A stretch of 64,000 nt of DNA from a virus. A program made the translations under genes and the position numbers. Location: positions 1 to 64,000 of IMG/VR virus record IMGVR_UViG_3300004369_000008; one strand, 5' to 3'. Positions 8,214 to 18,172 of the stretch are shown piece after piece; position 1 is the stretch's first letter, and each line of letters begins with the position of its first letter. Below the pieces are notes generated by a model. That model did not search any database, was not told the origin of the DNA, and worked only from the letters and a program-made list of their open reading frames with translations.

Positions 8214-9779
8214 ATGACAACAGAATTGATAGAAGAATTGCCCAAAGAGGAAATGACCGTCGAAAGGGCGCAAAAAATCATCGATGATGGCTTGGATGCC
8301 GCTTCGGAACGAATTTCTTCCATGCCAATGATTGCAGAAATCATCTGCAAACAAATCTTAAAGTGTGACCCTGAGTGCATTAAAGCATATCAGCTTCTCG
8401 GCCTCGCTAAGCACGGAATGGGACGACACGCAGAAGCCGTAGAAATTTTCCAAGTGGTATTGGAATTTGAACCAGACAATGCCGACGCCCACAACAACAT
8501 TGCGCTTGCTTACGGTTGTCTCGACATCTTTGATAGAGGTATTGAGCATTTGGAGATAAGTAACAAATTGAGACCAAATTGCTATTTGTTCATGAATAAT
8601 CTGGCTCTTCAATACAGGCAAGTTGGAAGATACAACGACGCTATTGATCTTCTTAAAGCAGCTTGCAAAGTACATTGCGAACCAGAAATGCTTTGCAATC
8701 TGGGTGGAATTTTTGCAGAATTGTTGGATTATGAAGGCTCAATGAAGTTTTACAAAACTGCCATTGAACTTGATCCAGATAACTCCACAGCACATGTCGA
8801 TATGGCCTGCACAAATTTCCTCCTTGGAAACATGAAAGAAGGCTTTGATCTTTACGAATGGAGATTCAAGCATTACAACCAATTGAACTTTTACAAAAAA
8901 GCATACGATCAATCCAAACTTTGGAATGGAGAAGATAGTCTTGAAGGCAAGCGAGTTCTGGTTTATGCAGAACAGGGAATGGGCGACTGCATTCAATTCT
9001 GTCGATGGCTTCCAGAGCTTAAAGAAAGAGGGGCGTATGTGATGCTCCATTGCTCTGAAATTCTTTCCACCGTCATGAAGAGAATACCCGGAGTGGATGA
9101 AATTGTCATTCGTGACATTGTGAATAACAAAGGTGAAGAATTTCCTGAATACGATTACCAATGTTGCACAATGAGCCTTCCGCATCTCCTCAAGTCTTAC
9201 GAGTTTAATGGCAAGCCTTACATTGAACCTCTGACGGACAAATTCAAGAAGTTCATTAAAGGCGAGAATTCCAGCACATGCAATGTTGGCATTTCATGGG
9301 CTGGAAATCCTGCTCACCCAAATGACAGACTACGATCTATACCCCTGAAAGAATTCTGGCCTCTGCATAATACCGAAGGTGTCAAGCTAATGAACCTTCA
9401 GGTTGATATGAGAAAGAGAAGTTACAGAACAGCTAATGGAATTATTGATCTAACAGAACAGTGTGAAAACATGAATCTGGTGGACATGACAAGCATGATC
9501 CAAACACTTGAGGACACATGCACAATTTTATCTGGTCTCGATTTAGTTGTCACATGTGACACTGCCTTGGCTCACTTAGCTGGAGCAATGGGCGTTCCAT
9601 GCTGGATAGCATTGCCATACAATCCTGACTGGAGATGGCTCAAAGAGGGCAGCGAGTCGAAGTGGTATGATAGTATCAAACTATTCCGACAGCCCAGTCG
9701 TGGGGATTGGACAAGTGTATTTGAAGAAATGCAGGGAGAGCTAGAAGAATATGCTAAGGTTGTATTACAGAATAAGTGA
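8214..9779 (+). CDS. TPR-repeat glycosyltransferase (GT-B, GT9-like C-terminus)
   Basis: TPR repeats; YEWR, EQGMGDCIQF, WAGNP, DLVVTCDTALAHLAGAMG, DWRW, LFRQ motifs. Confidence 0.85.
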   Translation: MTTELIEELPKEEMTVERAQKIIDDGLDAASERISSMPMIAEIICKQILKCDPECIKAYQLLGLAKHGMGRHAEAVEIFQVVLEFEPDNADAHNNIALAYGCLDIFDRGIEHLEISNKLRPNCYLFMNNLALQYRQVGRYNDAIDLLKAACKVHCEPEMLCNLGGIFAELLDYEGSMKFYKTAIELDPDNSTAHVDMACTNFLLGNMKEGFDLYEWRFKHYNQLNFYKKAYDQSKLWNGEDSLEGKRVLVYAEQGMGDCIQFCRWLPELKERGAYVMLHCSEILSTVMKRIPGVDEIVIRDIVNNKGEEFPEYDYQCCTMSLPHLLKSYEFNGKPYIEPLTDKFKKFIKGENSSTCNVGISWAGNPAHPNDRLRSIPLKEFWPLHNTEGVKLMNLQVDMRKRSYRTANGIIDLTEQCENMNLVDMTSMIQTLEDTCTILSGLDLVVTCDTALAHLAGAMGVPCWIALPYNPDWRWLKEGSESKWYDSIKLFRQPSRGDWTSVFEEMQGELEEYAKVVLQNK

Positions 9780-10596
9780 CAAGGGTTATCCCAAAGCAAA
9801 ATTACCGGGATCAGACAAGGAAGTCTGTCTGATGAATTTCTGCAAGGCATTCGCCAATGACATCTTCTCAGAGATGACAAACAACGTTACGCCCATGAGA
9901 ATCATTGCTGACAATTGTGAACGGAAGACAGTCAAAATGTTGATGTCTACTGGAATACCCACATCTGTTACTTCTCTTGGAAATGCTGGTTCTTTAAGGC
10001 AAACTCTCGAAATAGCCCTTGATGAAGGGGATGAAGAAGATGTCGTTTATTTCTGTGAGGATGACTACCTCCATCTTGGCAGTGCGTCATTCATTCTCAA
10101 AGAGGGTGTTACAATCTCAGATTATGTAACGCTCTACGATCACCCAGATAAATACACAAGAACCTATGGTGGTGGAGAAATTTCTCGGGTGATGAGAACG
10201 AGATCATCTCACTGGAGATTCACACAAAGTACATGTATGACTTTTGGATGCAAAGTTAAAACCTTAAGAGAAGACAAGCTCATCTGGGACAAATGGACTG
10301 AAGGAGACCACCCACACGACCATAAAGTTTTCACAGAGCTTGGTGAGAAGGGACGACGTTTGGCAGTATCTATTCCGGGTGCTGCTTGTCACACCGATCT
10401 CACATTCTCAGGTGCAGTCAACAATGTGATGATTGACACATGGGCTATTGATCTCATGATCGAGCAACTTGAATACAACCTCGGAGAAAAAGGTGAGATG
10501 TATCAATTGTTGGTTGGCAACAAAATCGGTTGGAACAAGCTGGTTGCTTTAGATGCTCTGTTATTTGATAAACGAGAAAGGCGAACTGAGAATTAA
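9751..10596 (+). CDS. GT-A fold glycosyltransferase-like protein
   Basis: GNAGS, YFCEDDYLH, LYDHPDKY, STCMTF motifs. Confidence 0.65.
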   Translation: MLRLYYRISDKGYPKAKLPGSDKEVCLMNFCKAFANDIFSEMTNNVTPMRIIADNCERKTVKMLMSTGIPTSVTSLGNAGSLRQTLEIALDEGDEEDVVYFCEDDYLHLGSASFILKEGVTISDYVTLYDHPDKYTRTYGGGEISRVMRTRSSHWRFTQSTCMTFGCKVKTLREDKLIWDKWTEGDHPHDHKVFTELGEKGRRLAVSIPGAACHTDLTFSGAVNNVMIDTWAIDLMIEQLEYNLGEKGEMYQLLVGNKIGWNKLVALDALLFDKRERRTEN

Positions 10597-10632
10597 CTCA
10601 GTTCGCCTTTCTCTTCGTCGTGCCCATCAATG

Positions 10633-10944
10633 TTAATTGGTGGGTGTGGCTGTCGTCTTTTTGGAAGACGTTTTGGTTGCGGTTGCAGCCTTGGTCGTCT
10701 TGTTCTTGACGGACTTCTTTGCTGCTTTCCTCTGTGGTTCCGAGAACTCGACATCGAGTTTCAATCTTTGTCCCAATGCTCGTGCCACGCTGCTTAGCGA
10801 GCCACGGGTTGGGAAAGATGTGGAACCATCCTTCTTTGCCAGACGAGTAGCGTTCGTGCCGGGAACGGTCACACGACCCTCCCAATTCGCTTCGCCAGTC
10901 TTGCTGGTCTTTTGCCTTACTTCAACTGTTAGTTGCTTGCTCAT
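10633..10944 (-). CDS. Small basic protein with Lys/Ala/Thr tail (histone-like DNA-binding candidate)
   Basis: RBS AAGGAG; tail KAAKKSVKNKTTKAATATKTSSKK; TTGACG-17-TACAAA upstream. Confidence 0.55.
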   Translation of the reverse strand: MSKQLTVEVRQKTSKTGEANWEGRVTVPGTNATRLAKKDGSTSFPTRGSLSSVARALGQRLKLDVEFSEPQRKAAKKSVKNKTTKAATATKTSSKKTTATPTN

Positions 10945-11033
10945 TGTTCAACTCCTTTTGTTAGTGAATCGAGCTTCCTGCATCGATAATCGCAGCGTTC
11001 CTTTGTAATCGTTCGGAATTTTTACGTCAACCC

Positions 11034-11729
11034 CTATTTCAACAAAAGTTTTGGCTGGATGAAAGTTCTGGTCTTCTCAAAGAAGTCCACTTGATCCTTT
11101 TGCCAGTGATGACACATGGTCGGTATCAACATCCTCTTATCTTTCGGTCGTTGCCTCTTTTCATAAAAAGCGTCAAGTGCCTTAGTGTATTTGCCCCAAT
11201 ACTCATCTTTAGCATGAGTGGTGAGAAACTTGTCAACTTCGAACACATCGAAGATGGAGTGAATCACAGACTTCACTTCTTTGAATGGCGCTTTTCTATT
11301 GTGGTTGCCAATCTTGTTGAAGTCTGCAAACCACAAGAATGTATGTGGATCATAGATGAGAACTGGGCTGGATAAACCAGCATAAGCGTGTTGGTGAACA
11401 TAGTCTTTGATCTGTGTGAACCACAGTTTTTTGACAGCTTGTTGATCGATATAAAACTTGTAATAGTAGTAACCGATGATCCCACGGAAAGAAAACGTCA
11501 AGATATTCTTGCTTGTCTTGTGATGGAAGTTGTTCCTTAAGCAAAAGGGACAGTAGAATTTTCCGCCACCAATTTTAATACAAGAACTGAAGTTACCTGA
11601 GTCTATTTGAACGAGTTTCTCACAAAATTGACAATTCTTGAAGAAAGTGTCAGAAAGTTGCTTGCCTTCGCAACTTTGGACTTTTGTGAGTTTCACTTCC
11701 TTTACTTGCATTTCCAGCATCCTCTTCAT
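11034..11729 (-). CDS. Hypothetical protein with CxxC...CxxC Zn finger
   Basis: CQFC and CPFC. Confidence 0.65.
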   Translation of the reverse strand: MKRMLEMQVKEVKLTKVQSCEGKQLSDTFFKNCQFCEKLVQIDSGNFSSCIKIGGGKFYCPFCLRNNFHHKTSKNILTFSFRGIIGYYYYKFYIDQQAVKKLWFTQIKDYVHQHAYAGLSSPVLIYDPHTFLWFADFNKIGNHNRKAPFKEVKSVIHSIFDVFEVDKFLTTHAKDEYWGKYTKALDAFYEKRQRPKDKRMLIPTMCHHWQKDQVDFFEKTRTFIQPKLLLK

Positions 11730-11814
11730 TTATTCTAATAGCATGGGAGAAAAAAATCAATCCATGACCTATATACTTCACAGGTTAGGCATAGCCAAAT
11801 TGTGAGGGAATATC

Positions 11815-12039
11815 ATGGTTACAGATTTTATCAAGTGGTGCAACGGCAATAGTCTTCCGCTTCCAAGCGTGTCTGAAAACACGAAACGTGCCGGTTTGAG
11901 TCAAGAGTATCCTTCGGGATACGTTCGCAGTCAGTATCCTGATGCGTACTTTGCTCCAGTCGTCGCTACATCCTACCTCGATCTTAAGAATGCAAAAAAG
12001 GTCAAGGATAGGAAGGATGCAGGCAACACGCCGCTCTAA
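11815..12039 (+). CDS. Small late protein (possible internal head protein)
   Basis: CTATATA motif, RBS GAGGG, N-terminal DFIKW motif, downstream terminator. Confidence 0.55.
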   Translation: MVTDFIKWCNGNSLPLPSVSENTKRAGLSQEYPSGYVRSQYPDAYFAPVVATSYLDLKNAKKVKDRKDAGNTPL

Positions 12040-12060
12040 TTCTCCTCCGAGAATACACAC

Positions 12061-12099
12061 AAAAGCCCCCGTCGCCCTTCTTTGGGTTACGGGGGCTTT
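12061..12099. terminator. Intrinsic terminator between convergent genes
   Basis: AAAAGCCCCCGT...ACGGGGGCTTT. Confidence 0.7.
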
Positions 12100-12108
12100 G
12101 CGTTTCGT

Positions 12109-12585
12109 TCATACATCCAAAGCCCAATCTTTAGATGTGCATTCACTGCATCCATCATTCGGGCCACAAGTGCATTTCTTCATTTGGTGCAAATCGGCAA
12201 TTGCTGATTCTGCCTCATCATCTGAATATCCAGACAGATCAAGAAAATGAACATCAGCACCTAGATGTTTTCCGATGCGGTTGTCTTTGTCTTTTGTTGA
12301 CAGGTCTCTGTTGTCATTTTTGAGCATGTCTGGGACACGTTCCCAGTAACCCCAATGGGCATCGTTCTTTGGATGTGGGAAGATGAGGGGTGGAGTGCAG
12401 TTTACATACTTGTCAATGATCTCTTCGACAGTCTCTTGGGGAAGCCCTGATGCTTTAACAATTGCGCCTGTACTTCTCCAGTCATATTTGGGATGGCGTG
12501 CCAAAGCTTTGAAGAATTTTGATTCAACATCTCCACGCTTTGTTCCATGAGGATACACCTCTGTCCATTTCTTGGGCTTGTTCAT
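12109..12585 (-). CDS. Hypothetical protein (wHTH-like N-terminus)
   Basis: RBS GGAGG; near-consensus sigma70 promoter upstream. Confidence 0.65.
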   Translation of the reverse strand: MNKPKKWTEVYPHGTKRGDVESKFFKALARHPKYDWRSTGAIVKASGLPQETVEEIIDKYVNCTPPLIFPHPKNDAHWGYWERVPDMLKNDNRDLSTKDKDNRIGKHLGADVHFLDLSGYSDDEAESAIADLHQMKKCTCGPNDGCSECTSKDWALDV

Positions 12586-12618
12586 TTTTGTCCTCCGAAA
12601 TTTAATAGCCGGGCCACT

Positions 12619-12647
12619 ATTATACAGAGGTAGTTTAGTTAAGTCAA
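12619..12647 (-). promoter_or_regulatory. sigma70-type promoter TTGACT-17-TATAAT
   Basis: Near-consensus hexamers with a 17-nt spacer upstream of the 12585 gene. Confidence 0.75.
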
Positions 12648-12660
12648 AGGGAGAAATCCA

Positions 12661-13146
12661 ATGAAATATCGTAAGTTAAACAAATACGAAGCAAAAGAAG
12701 AGAAAGGGCGGCACCTCGCAGAAGTGATGGGTGGTAGCGGTCTGTATCTCTACAGAAACAGCACTGACTCAGATATGACTCTTCCACGTCCAACGAAGAG
12801 TGGTTTAAGAGCAGTGGGTCCGAAAGGAACGTTTCAAGGTGACAACTATTACATGCAGATGGTGCGAAGCGGTTTGCTCCGTCTTGTAGAAGTATTGCAG
12901 ACACCTGAACAACAAGCTGCTGTGGCAAGAGCCGAAGCAGCACAACTCAACGAGGGTAACATTATGACTGAAGACAGATTGATTCTCGACCAGCCGGATA
13001 TGATTACAGAACACGGCAAAGTCGAACATGTTGTCGGCACATCTCCTCAACAGAAATTGAACGAGAAGTGCGGCGAACAGGGCGAAGATGTCCTTCTGAA
13101 TGAAGGTCCATGCGACGACGGATTCGTCATCATCGATGACAAGTAA
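12661..13146 (+). CDS. Hypothetical protein
   Basis: RBS GGGAG; 161-aa ORF. Confidence 0.7.
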   Translation: MKYRKLNKYEAKEEKGRHLAEVMGGSGLYLYRNSTDSDMTLPRPTKSGLRAVGPKGTFQGDNYYMQMVRSGLLRLVEVLQTPEQQAAVARAEAAQLNEGNIMTEDRLILDQPDMITEHGKVEHVVGTSPQQKLNEKCGEQGEDVLLNEGPCDDGFVIIDDK

Positions 13147-13185
13147 CAAGTTCGTGGTTTTTTGAGAAATTTCTCACCCAGTCGC

Positions 13186-13214
13186 TTTACAATCCAAAAA
13201 TTGCACCGTAAAAT
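13186..13214 (+). promoter_or_regulatory. Putative early promoter TTTACA-17-(CG)TAAAAT
   Basis: Motif recurs at 18776, 22566 and 57230. Confidence 0.65.
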
Positions 13215-13267
13215 ACTCCCATGCGTAGAGGTTTCCAAACCATCAAACACATGGGAGTATTTTCGTC

Positions 13268-14569
13268 ATGGCAACTGCCAAGCGACCGAAGCTGCCTTCT
13301 CACCAGAAGAACGATGATGGGATGACTGATCCATACATCGTCTTCACGCTTGTTCGTCAGAATTCCCAACGTACCAATGATGAAACTGTTGGCCGTCAGG
13401 TCGATGAGATCATGAGTGGTACGTTGGCAGGCGACCGTGCCATGTGGGAAGTCGATGATATCGAGAAGCACGCTCCCACGCAACAAGGCGAATACTGGTA
13501 CTTCCGGTACGTCGTGACCATCACTCGAAAGAAGGGCCGCAAGCAGAACAATGCTCTCTCCTTGTCGAGTGAGAAGCATCATATCATGGACGTGTTGAAG
13601 CAGAAGTGCGGCGTCTCCAAATTCGGCAAGTATCCGTGGGAAGTCACGGATCATGCTGTCTCATGGGAAGAGACACCTAACATCACTGGCGACAGCATCG
13701 AAGAATTCTCCATCAACGATGTCGTTGACTTCAACCAAGCTAAGACTTGGGATGACATCGAAATCCCCGAAGTGCTGCTCAAGGGCACAGATTCCGAAAT
13801 CGAACGCCACCCGGCCTTCAAGGGTATCTTCGGTCGTGCTGCGCATATCCGTGTTATCTTCTCATCAATCAAGACGATGGTAGATACGAAGGGAATGCGC
13901 CGCAATCACTGTCTTCTCTGGGGATTGCCTGCATGTGCGAAGTCTCATCTCATGCTTGGCGTACAAGAAGTGCTGGGAAAGGGCGGATACCTCGCCATCA
14001 ATGGCAACTCCGCTACCAAGGCTGGCATCGAGCGAATCTTCCTTGATCGACTGAAGCAGACAGGGACTCCCCCGGTTGTGTTCATCGAAGAGATCGAGAA
14101 GACCCTCGAAGCCATTCTTACTGTCTGGCTTTCCATCCTCGATGATCGGGCTGAAGTCCGCAAGATCACTCACCACGATCAGCACAAAGCTGAGGCTCGT
14201 GTGCTGGTGATTGGTACGGCCAATGACAAGGTTCTGTTCGACCGGCTCATGGGTGGTCGTCCCCGTCATCCCGGTGCAATCTCCAGTCGCTTCACCAAGA
14301 AACTGTATGTTCCTCGTCCTGACGAGCAGATCATGCGGAAGATTCTGTCTCGGGACATCAAGTTATACGGAGGCGATATGGTGTGGGTTGATTCCTGCAT
14401 CGATATCATGCGAGAACTGGGCACGAACGACCCTCGTACTGTGCTGTCGCTTCTGGATGGTCAGGATCGTCTCTTGACTGGAGAGTACAAGAAGGATATC
14501 CTTGCAATACATCAATTGGAGCAGACAGATCGTGCTGCTGACGAAGAAGAATTTGAAGTCCCTGAATAA
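13268..14569 (+). CDS. AAA+ ATPase with variant Walker A
   Basis: GLPACAKS, VFIEEIEK (Walker B), GTAN (sensor 1), ISSRF (Arg finger). Confidence 0.75.
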   Translation: MATAKRPKLPSHQKNDDGMTDPYIVFTLVRQNSQRTNDETVGRQVDEIMSGTLAGDRAMWEVDDIEKHAPTQQGEYWYFRYVVTITRKKGRKQNNALSLSSEKHHIMDVLKQKCGVSKFGKYPWEVTDHAVSWEETPNITGDSIEEFSINDVVDFNQAKTWDDIEIPEVLLKGTDSEIERHPAFKGIFGRAAHIRVIFSSIKTMVDTKGMRRNHCLLWGLPACAKSHLMLGVQEVLGKGGYLAINGNSATKAGIERIFLDRLKQTGTPPVVFIEEIEKTLEAILTVWLSILDDRAEVRKITHHDQHKAEARVLVIGTANDKVLFDRLMGGRPRHPGAISSRFTKKLYVPRPDEQIMRKILSRDIKLYGGDMVWVDSCIDIMRELGTNDPRTVLSLLDGQDRLLTGEYKKDILAIHQLEQTDRAADEEEFEVPE

Positions 14570-14583
14570 CACGGAGGAACATC

Positions 14584-15099
14584 ATGTCATACGCAGTCGT
14601 TGAAAACGGCGCTTGTCTTCATATCAGTGAAGATGCGGCCTCAGCGGTTAAAACTTTCGAGTCGAAACCCAATTCCAAGTTAGTACGAGTTGCCAACTTG
14701 GAAGAACTCCAAGTTGCAGTCGAAGCAAGCAAGAACGTCGAATCGTGCAATGTCGAAGACGATGACATCTCCAATGTTCTTCGTCAACTCCTCGACAAAC
14801 TGGACGAAAATGGTATCAATGCTGAGAACGCCGAAGAGCTTCGCAAGAAACTCCAGTCCGGTGGGGAACAGCTTGTCGCTGAAGTGAGAAGTCTCGGAAT
14901 CCGTGGAATGCGTGTTGTTGGGGATGGTCTGGCGGCACTTGGAGACTTTATGCGAATCGCCTCGGAAGAGAACGACGTGCAGGCACAATCAACTGACGAG
15001 GGTAGCTGCTGGGTTCCACGTCGCCCGTGTGTGACCGGGGGGCCGGATGACTGCTGTGGTGGTAGCAACTCGTGTGAACACAAACACAAACAAGAATAG
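14584..15099 (+). CDS. Hypothetical protein with Cys/His-rich C-terminus
   Basis: RBS GGAGG; ORF. Confidence 0.65.
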   Translation: MSYAVVENGACLHISEDAASAVKTFESKPNSKLVRVANLEELQVAVEASKNVESCNVEDDDISNVLRQLLDKLDENGINAENAEELRKKLQSGGEQLVAEVRSLGIRGMRVVGDGLAALGDFMRIASEENDVQAQSTDEGSCWVPRRPCVTGGPDDCCGGSNSCEHKHKQE

Positions 15100-15174
15100 G
15101 GGCTTTGGCCCTCTAAGTTAATCGTCCTCATGGATTGAGGGTGATACAATTTTTGCAAGGAAGCGAGGACAAGG

Positions 15175-16317
15175 ATGTCCAGTCTAATCGTAGAAGTATG
15201 CGCAGTAGAAGAAGTTGCGCCTCATTCAAATGCTGATCGCCTAGAGCGAGTCCGAGTTAAAGGCTGGTGGTGCATTGCGCCAATTGGCCAACTCCATGTT
15301 GGGGACAAGTGCGTCTATATCCCACCTGATGCTGTTCTCTCCGAAGAACTGGCAGACAGGTGGGGCATCTCCAAATACTGTGGTGAACTCGCCAAGCTGC
15401 CCAATGGCGAACGACCACCGGGCAAACGTGTCCGTGCTTGTCGTTTTCGGGGCGAAAGTTCGTTTGGTACATTGCAACCTCTCGACGACCCAACATGGGA
15501 AGTTGGCAGGGATGTCCGAGAACATTTCGGCATCACCAAGTACGAACCACCTATCAAATCCAACGAAGGCGACTCTGCGCCAGAAATTCCTGAATTTCAT
15601 CGATACACAGGCATTGAGAATCTCGCCAACTTTCCTACCATTTTTTCAGAAGGAGAGGAAGTTGTTGTCACAGAAAAGATTCACGGAACGAACTGCCGCA
15701 TTGGTCTGGCCTTTATTCCAGATCGAGACGGACATCGTGCATGGGCTTTTGTAGCTGGCTCTCATAGCATTCGTCGTTACGAATACAGTCAATCAGAATC
15801 AGGGAAACGACATAGAAGTCGTTACTGGTTTCCATTGCCCGAAGGCGAGGACAAATATGATTCACCACTCGCCAATCTCATCGAAGACGTTTTGTTTAAC
15901 GAAAAAGCAGAAAGCTCTGTCATTGTCTTCGGCGAAATCTTCGGTGCTGGTGTTCAAGATATGCAGTATGGACAGAAAGGTATGTCCTTCCGTATCTTCG
16001 ATATTAGTGTCGATGGAAAATACATTGACCCAGATTCACTTCTGAAATACTGTGAGCGGTTTGAGGTCGAAACTGTGCCTGCACTTTACCGTGGTCCTTT
16101 CTCATTGGCTAAGATGGACGAACTGGTTGATGGACCTACTACAATCTGCGATCCGAGTGAGATCAAAGAACCGTTCAAAGGAAGAGAAGGAATCGTAATA
16201 CGTCCAGTCAATGAAAGGTACAACTTTGACTTGGGCGGTGATGGCCGGGTAATCCTCAAATACATCAGTGCGGACTACCATGAGCGCCGTAACAAAAATT
16301 GTACCGAAGACCATTAA
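15175..16317 (+). CDS. RNA ligase, DRB0094/Rnl5 family
   Basis: N-terminal PHSNADRLE OB-like domain; EKIHGTN (motif I), GEIFG, FRIFDI, REGIV, LKY. Confidence 0.9.
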   Translation: MSSLIVEVCAVEEVAPHSNADRLERVRVKGWWCIAPIGQLHVGDKCVYIPPDAVLSEELADRWGISKYCGELAKLPNGERPPGKRVRACRFRGESSFGTLQPLDDPTWEVGRDVREHFGITKYEPPIKSNEGDSAPEIPEFHRYTGIENLANFPTIFSEGEEVVVTEKIHGTNCRIGLAFIPDRDGHRAWAFVAGSHSIRRYEYSQSESGKRHRSRYWFPLPEGEDKYDSPLANLIEDVLFNEKAESSVIVFGEIFGAGVQDMQYGQKGMSFRIFDISVDGKYIDPDSLLKYCERFEVETVPALYRGPFSLAKMDELVDGPTTICDPSEIKEPFKGREGIVIRPVNERYNFDLGGDGRVILKYISADYHERRNKNCTEDH

Positions 16318-16326
16318 GGAGAAGAA

Positions 16327-16782
16327 ATGATTTGGGTAATCCTCACGCTATCAGCAATTGTGGCCATAGTTTTGGTCATTGTATTGGGATCAAGAAACAC
16401 CTGTGAAGAGTGTTGTGACGAAGGAGGTTGCACACCACCCCTAGTGATATTTGATCCAACGCCATCTCCAGAAGTTCCTGATCCAGTGATCGTAGAACTG
16501 CCACCAGAACCAGTGGAGCCGGTAGAAGAACCAGAGCCGGTAGAAGAACTACCAGAGCCAGAATCAGTGGAGACAGTAGAAGAACCTCCGTCTCCACCAG
16601 AATTGCCAGAGCCAGTTGTTGAAGAAATAACTGATGTTCCGGCAGAAGTTGACGAAGACGCCTTCAAAAACTTTCCAGTTCCCGACCCGGAGCCGGATCG
16701 ATTTGGTGGCGGTGGTGATTCTTTCGGAGGAGATAGTTCCGACAGTGGTGGGAGCGACTTCGGAAGCGGATTAGATGACTAA
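16327..16782 (+). CDS. Membrane-anchored Pro/Glu-rich low-complexity protein
   Basis: N-terminal TM segment, EPVEEPEP repeats, Gly/Ser/Asp tail. Confidence 0.65.
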   Translation: MIWVILTLSAIVAIVLVIVLGSRNTCEECCDEGGCTPPLVIFDPTPSPEVPDPVIVELPPEPVEPVEEPEPVEELPEPESVETVEEPPSPPELPEPVVEEITDVPAEVDEDAFKNFPVPDPEPDRFGGGGDSFGGDSSDSGGSDFGSGLDD

Positions 16783-17992
16783 GGACACAATGATGAAGAA
16801 CATGATGTTTGCCATAGTGATGTTGTTCGCTGCAACCCCTGCGTTCGCACAGATCAGCGACACTCAAAAATTGAACGAGCTTGTCTTGATTCGAGAGAAT
16901 ATCGAGATGATGGACACGCTCAACGCCCGAGGGATCACAATTGATCCATCTGAGATCAAAGAACAACTTGTCACGGCAGGTAAGCTACTGGACAAGGATG
17001 GACCGATTACCTATGAAGAATTGAAAGCAGCCACGGGGTCTTTGACACCACCGCCAACACCGTGGAAGAAGTTCACAGGCTTCTTCTCTTTCGTCAATAT
17101 CGTAATGATATTAGCTGCTCTCATGCTCACACTTGCTATTGTGTGGCTATTCGGTTTCTATTTCCTTGGATTGATTCTCGTTGTACCGCCGAAAGTATGG
17201 GAGGTCATTTCCTACATCGGATGTTTTGGTCTGATTGCATTTGGGTCAAAAGCTGAACCAGACTTGCAGATGCTATGGGTTCTCCCCGGATGTTTTGGAT
17301 TGATCGGCGCACTTACGCTCAACAAATTCAATTGGTGGCGTGGAGAAAGAGGCAGATACAGCCGATATAGGTACGAGGAATACTTCACTCACTTTGCAAC
17401 ATTTGTATTGGCTGTCGCTTGGGGAATCACAGCCGTTTACTTTCAAAGTCAAATTGTTGGGTTTATGGCAGTTGGAGCAACTCTTAGTTTCCTTGGGTTC
17501 ATGTGTGGTGTCATTCCCGGCGTTGTGTACATTGGATTCACAGATGATGCAGTAGTTCTCAGATCAACCTTTGCTGCATTTTGTATGGGGGCAATCTACA
17601 CAGCCATGCACGCAACCGGAAAATCAAATGCTGTTTTTGAAACATTCAGCGTGGGTCTCTCTTGGTGGGGATTCTTTGTCTTCTATCTTGGAATGCTCAT
17701 CATGTCGAGCAAATGGTACAGCTATGATGGTCTTGGAAAGTACCTCTTGATGCAGATTCTCACCATCGTTGCTGGTGCAGCCGCATTGTATCTAGGGAAT
17801 GTCTACCAAATTGGTTTGCTGGCTGGTATTGGCGGAACATTCTTCGGCCTTTACTTAATCGAGAAATGGTATGAAGTTCCATGGAAAGGCGCTGGTTGGG
17901 CTTGGTCACTACTGGGCCTGTCCGTGTTCCTCTACTATTTTGTAGGATTCGCCAAGCTGCATCCAGAATACTTTCTGTTTGTGGTAAACTAA
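16775..17992 (+). CDS. Polytopic membrane protein with signal peptide
   Basis: AFA signal-cleavage motif; about ten hydrophobic segments. Confidence 0.75.
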   Translation: MTKDTMMKNMMFAIVMLFAATPAFAQISDTQKLNELVLIRENIEMMDTLNARGITIDPSEIKEQLVTAGKLLDKDGPITYEELKAATGSLTPPPTPWKKFTGFFSFVNIVMILAALMLTLAIVWLFGFYFLGLILVVPPKVWEVISYIGCFGLIAFGSKAEPDLQMLWVLPGCFGLIGALTLNKFNWWRGERGRYSRYRYEEYFTHFATFVLAVAWGITAVYFQSQIVGFMAVGATLSFLGFMCGVIPGVVYIGFTDDAVVLRSTFAAFCMGAIYTAMHATGKSNAVFETFSVGLSWWGFFVFYLGMLIMSSKWYSYDGLGKYLLMQILTIVAGAAALYLGNVYQIGLLAGIGGTFFGLYLIEKWYEVPWKGAGWAWSLLGLSVFLYYFVGFAKLHPEYFLFVVN

Positions 17993-18044
17993 ACGAACCA
18001 AAGGGACACTCCATGTGTCCCTTGTTTTCATGGAGGAATAGGAA

Positions 18045-18122
18045 ATGGATAAAACAGCCCTTGGAGACCGCATGAAGTGGTTCTTCGGAGAAGACCCGGT
18101 GTTGAAAGAAGACGACGAGTAA
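18045..18122 (+). pseudogene. 25-codon remnant resembling the N-terminus of a Thg1-like tRNA(His) guanylyltransferase
   Basis: Strong RBS GGAGG; MDKTALGDRMK matches the LGDRMK start of bacterial/phage Thg1-like proteins, then ends abruptly. Confidence 0.45.
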
Positions 18123-18125
18123 CCT

Positions 18126-18160
18126 AAAATGCCACATCCTTGCGAATGTGGCATTTTTTT
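18126..18160 (+). terminator. Intrinsic terminator
   Basis: AAAATGCCACAT...ATGTGGCATTTTTTT. Confidence 0.8.
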
Positions 18161-18172
18161 TGGAGTCTAGGG

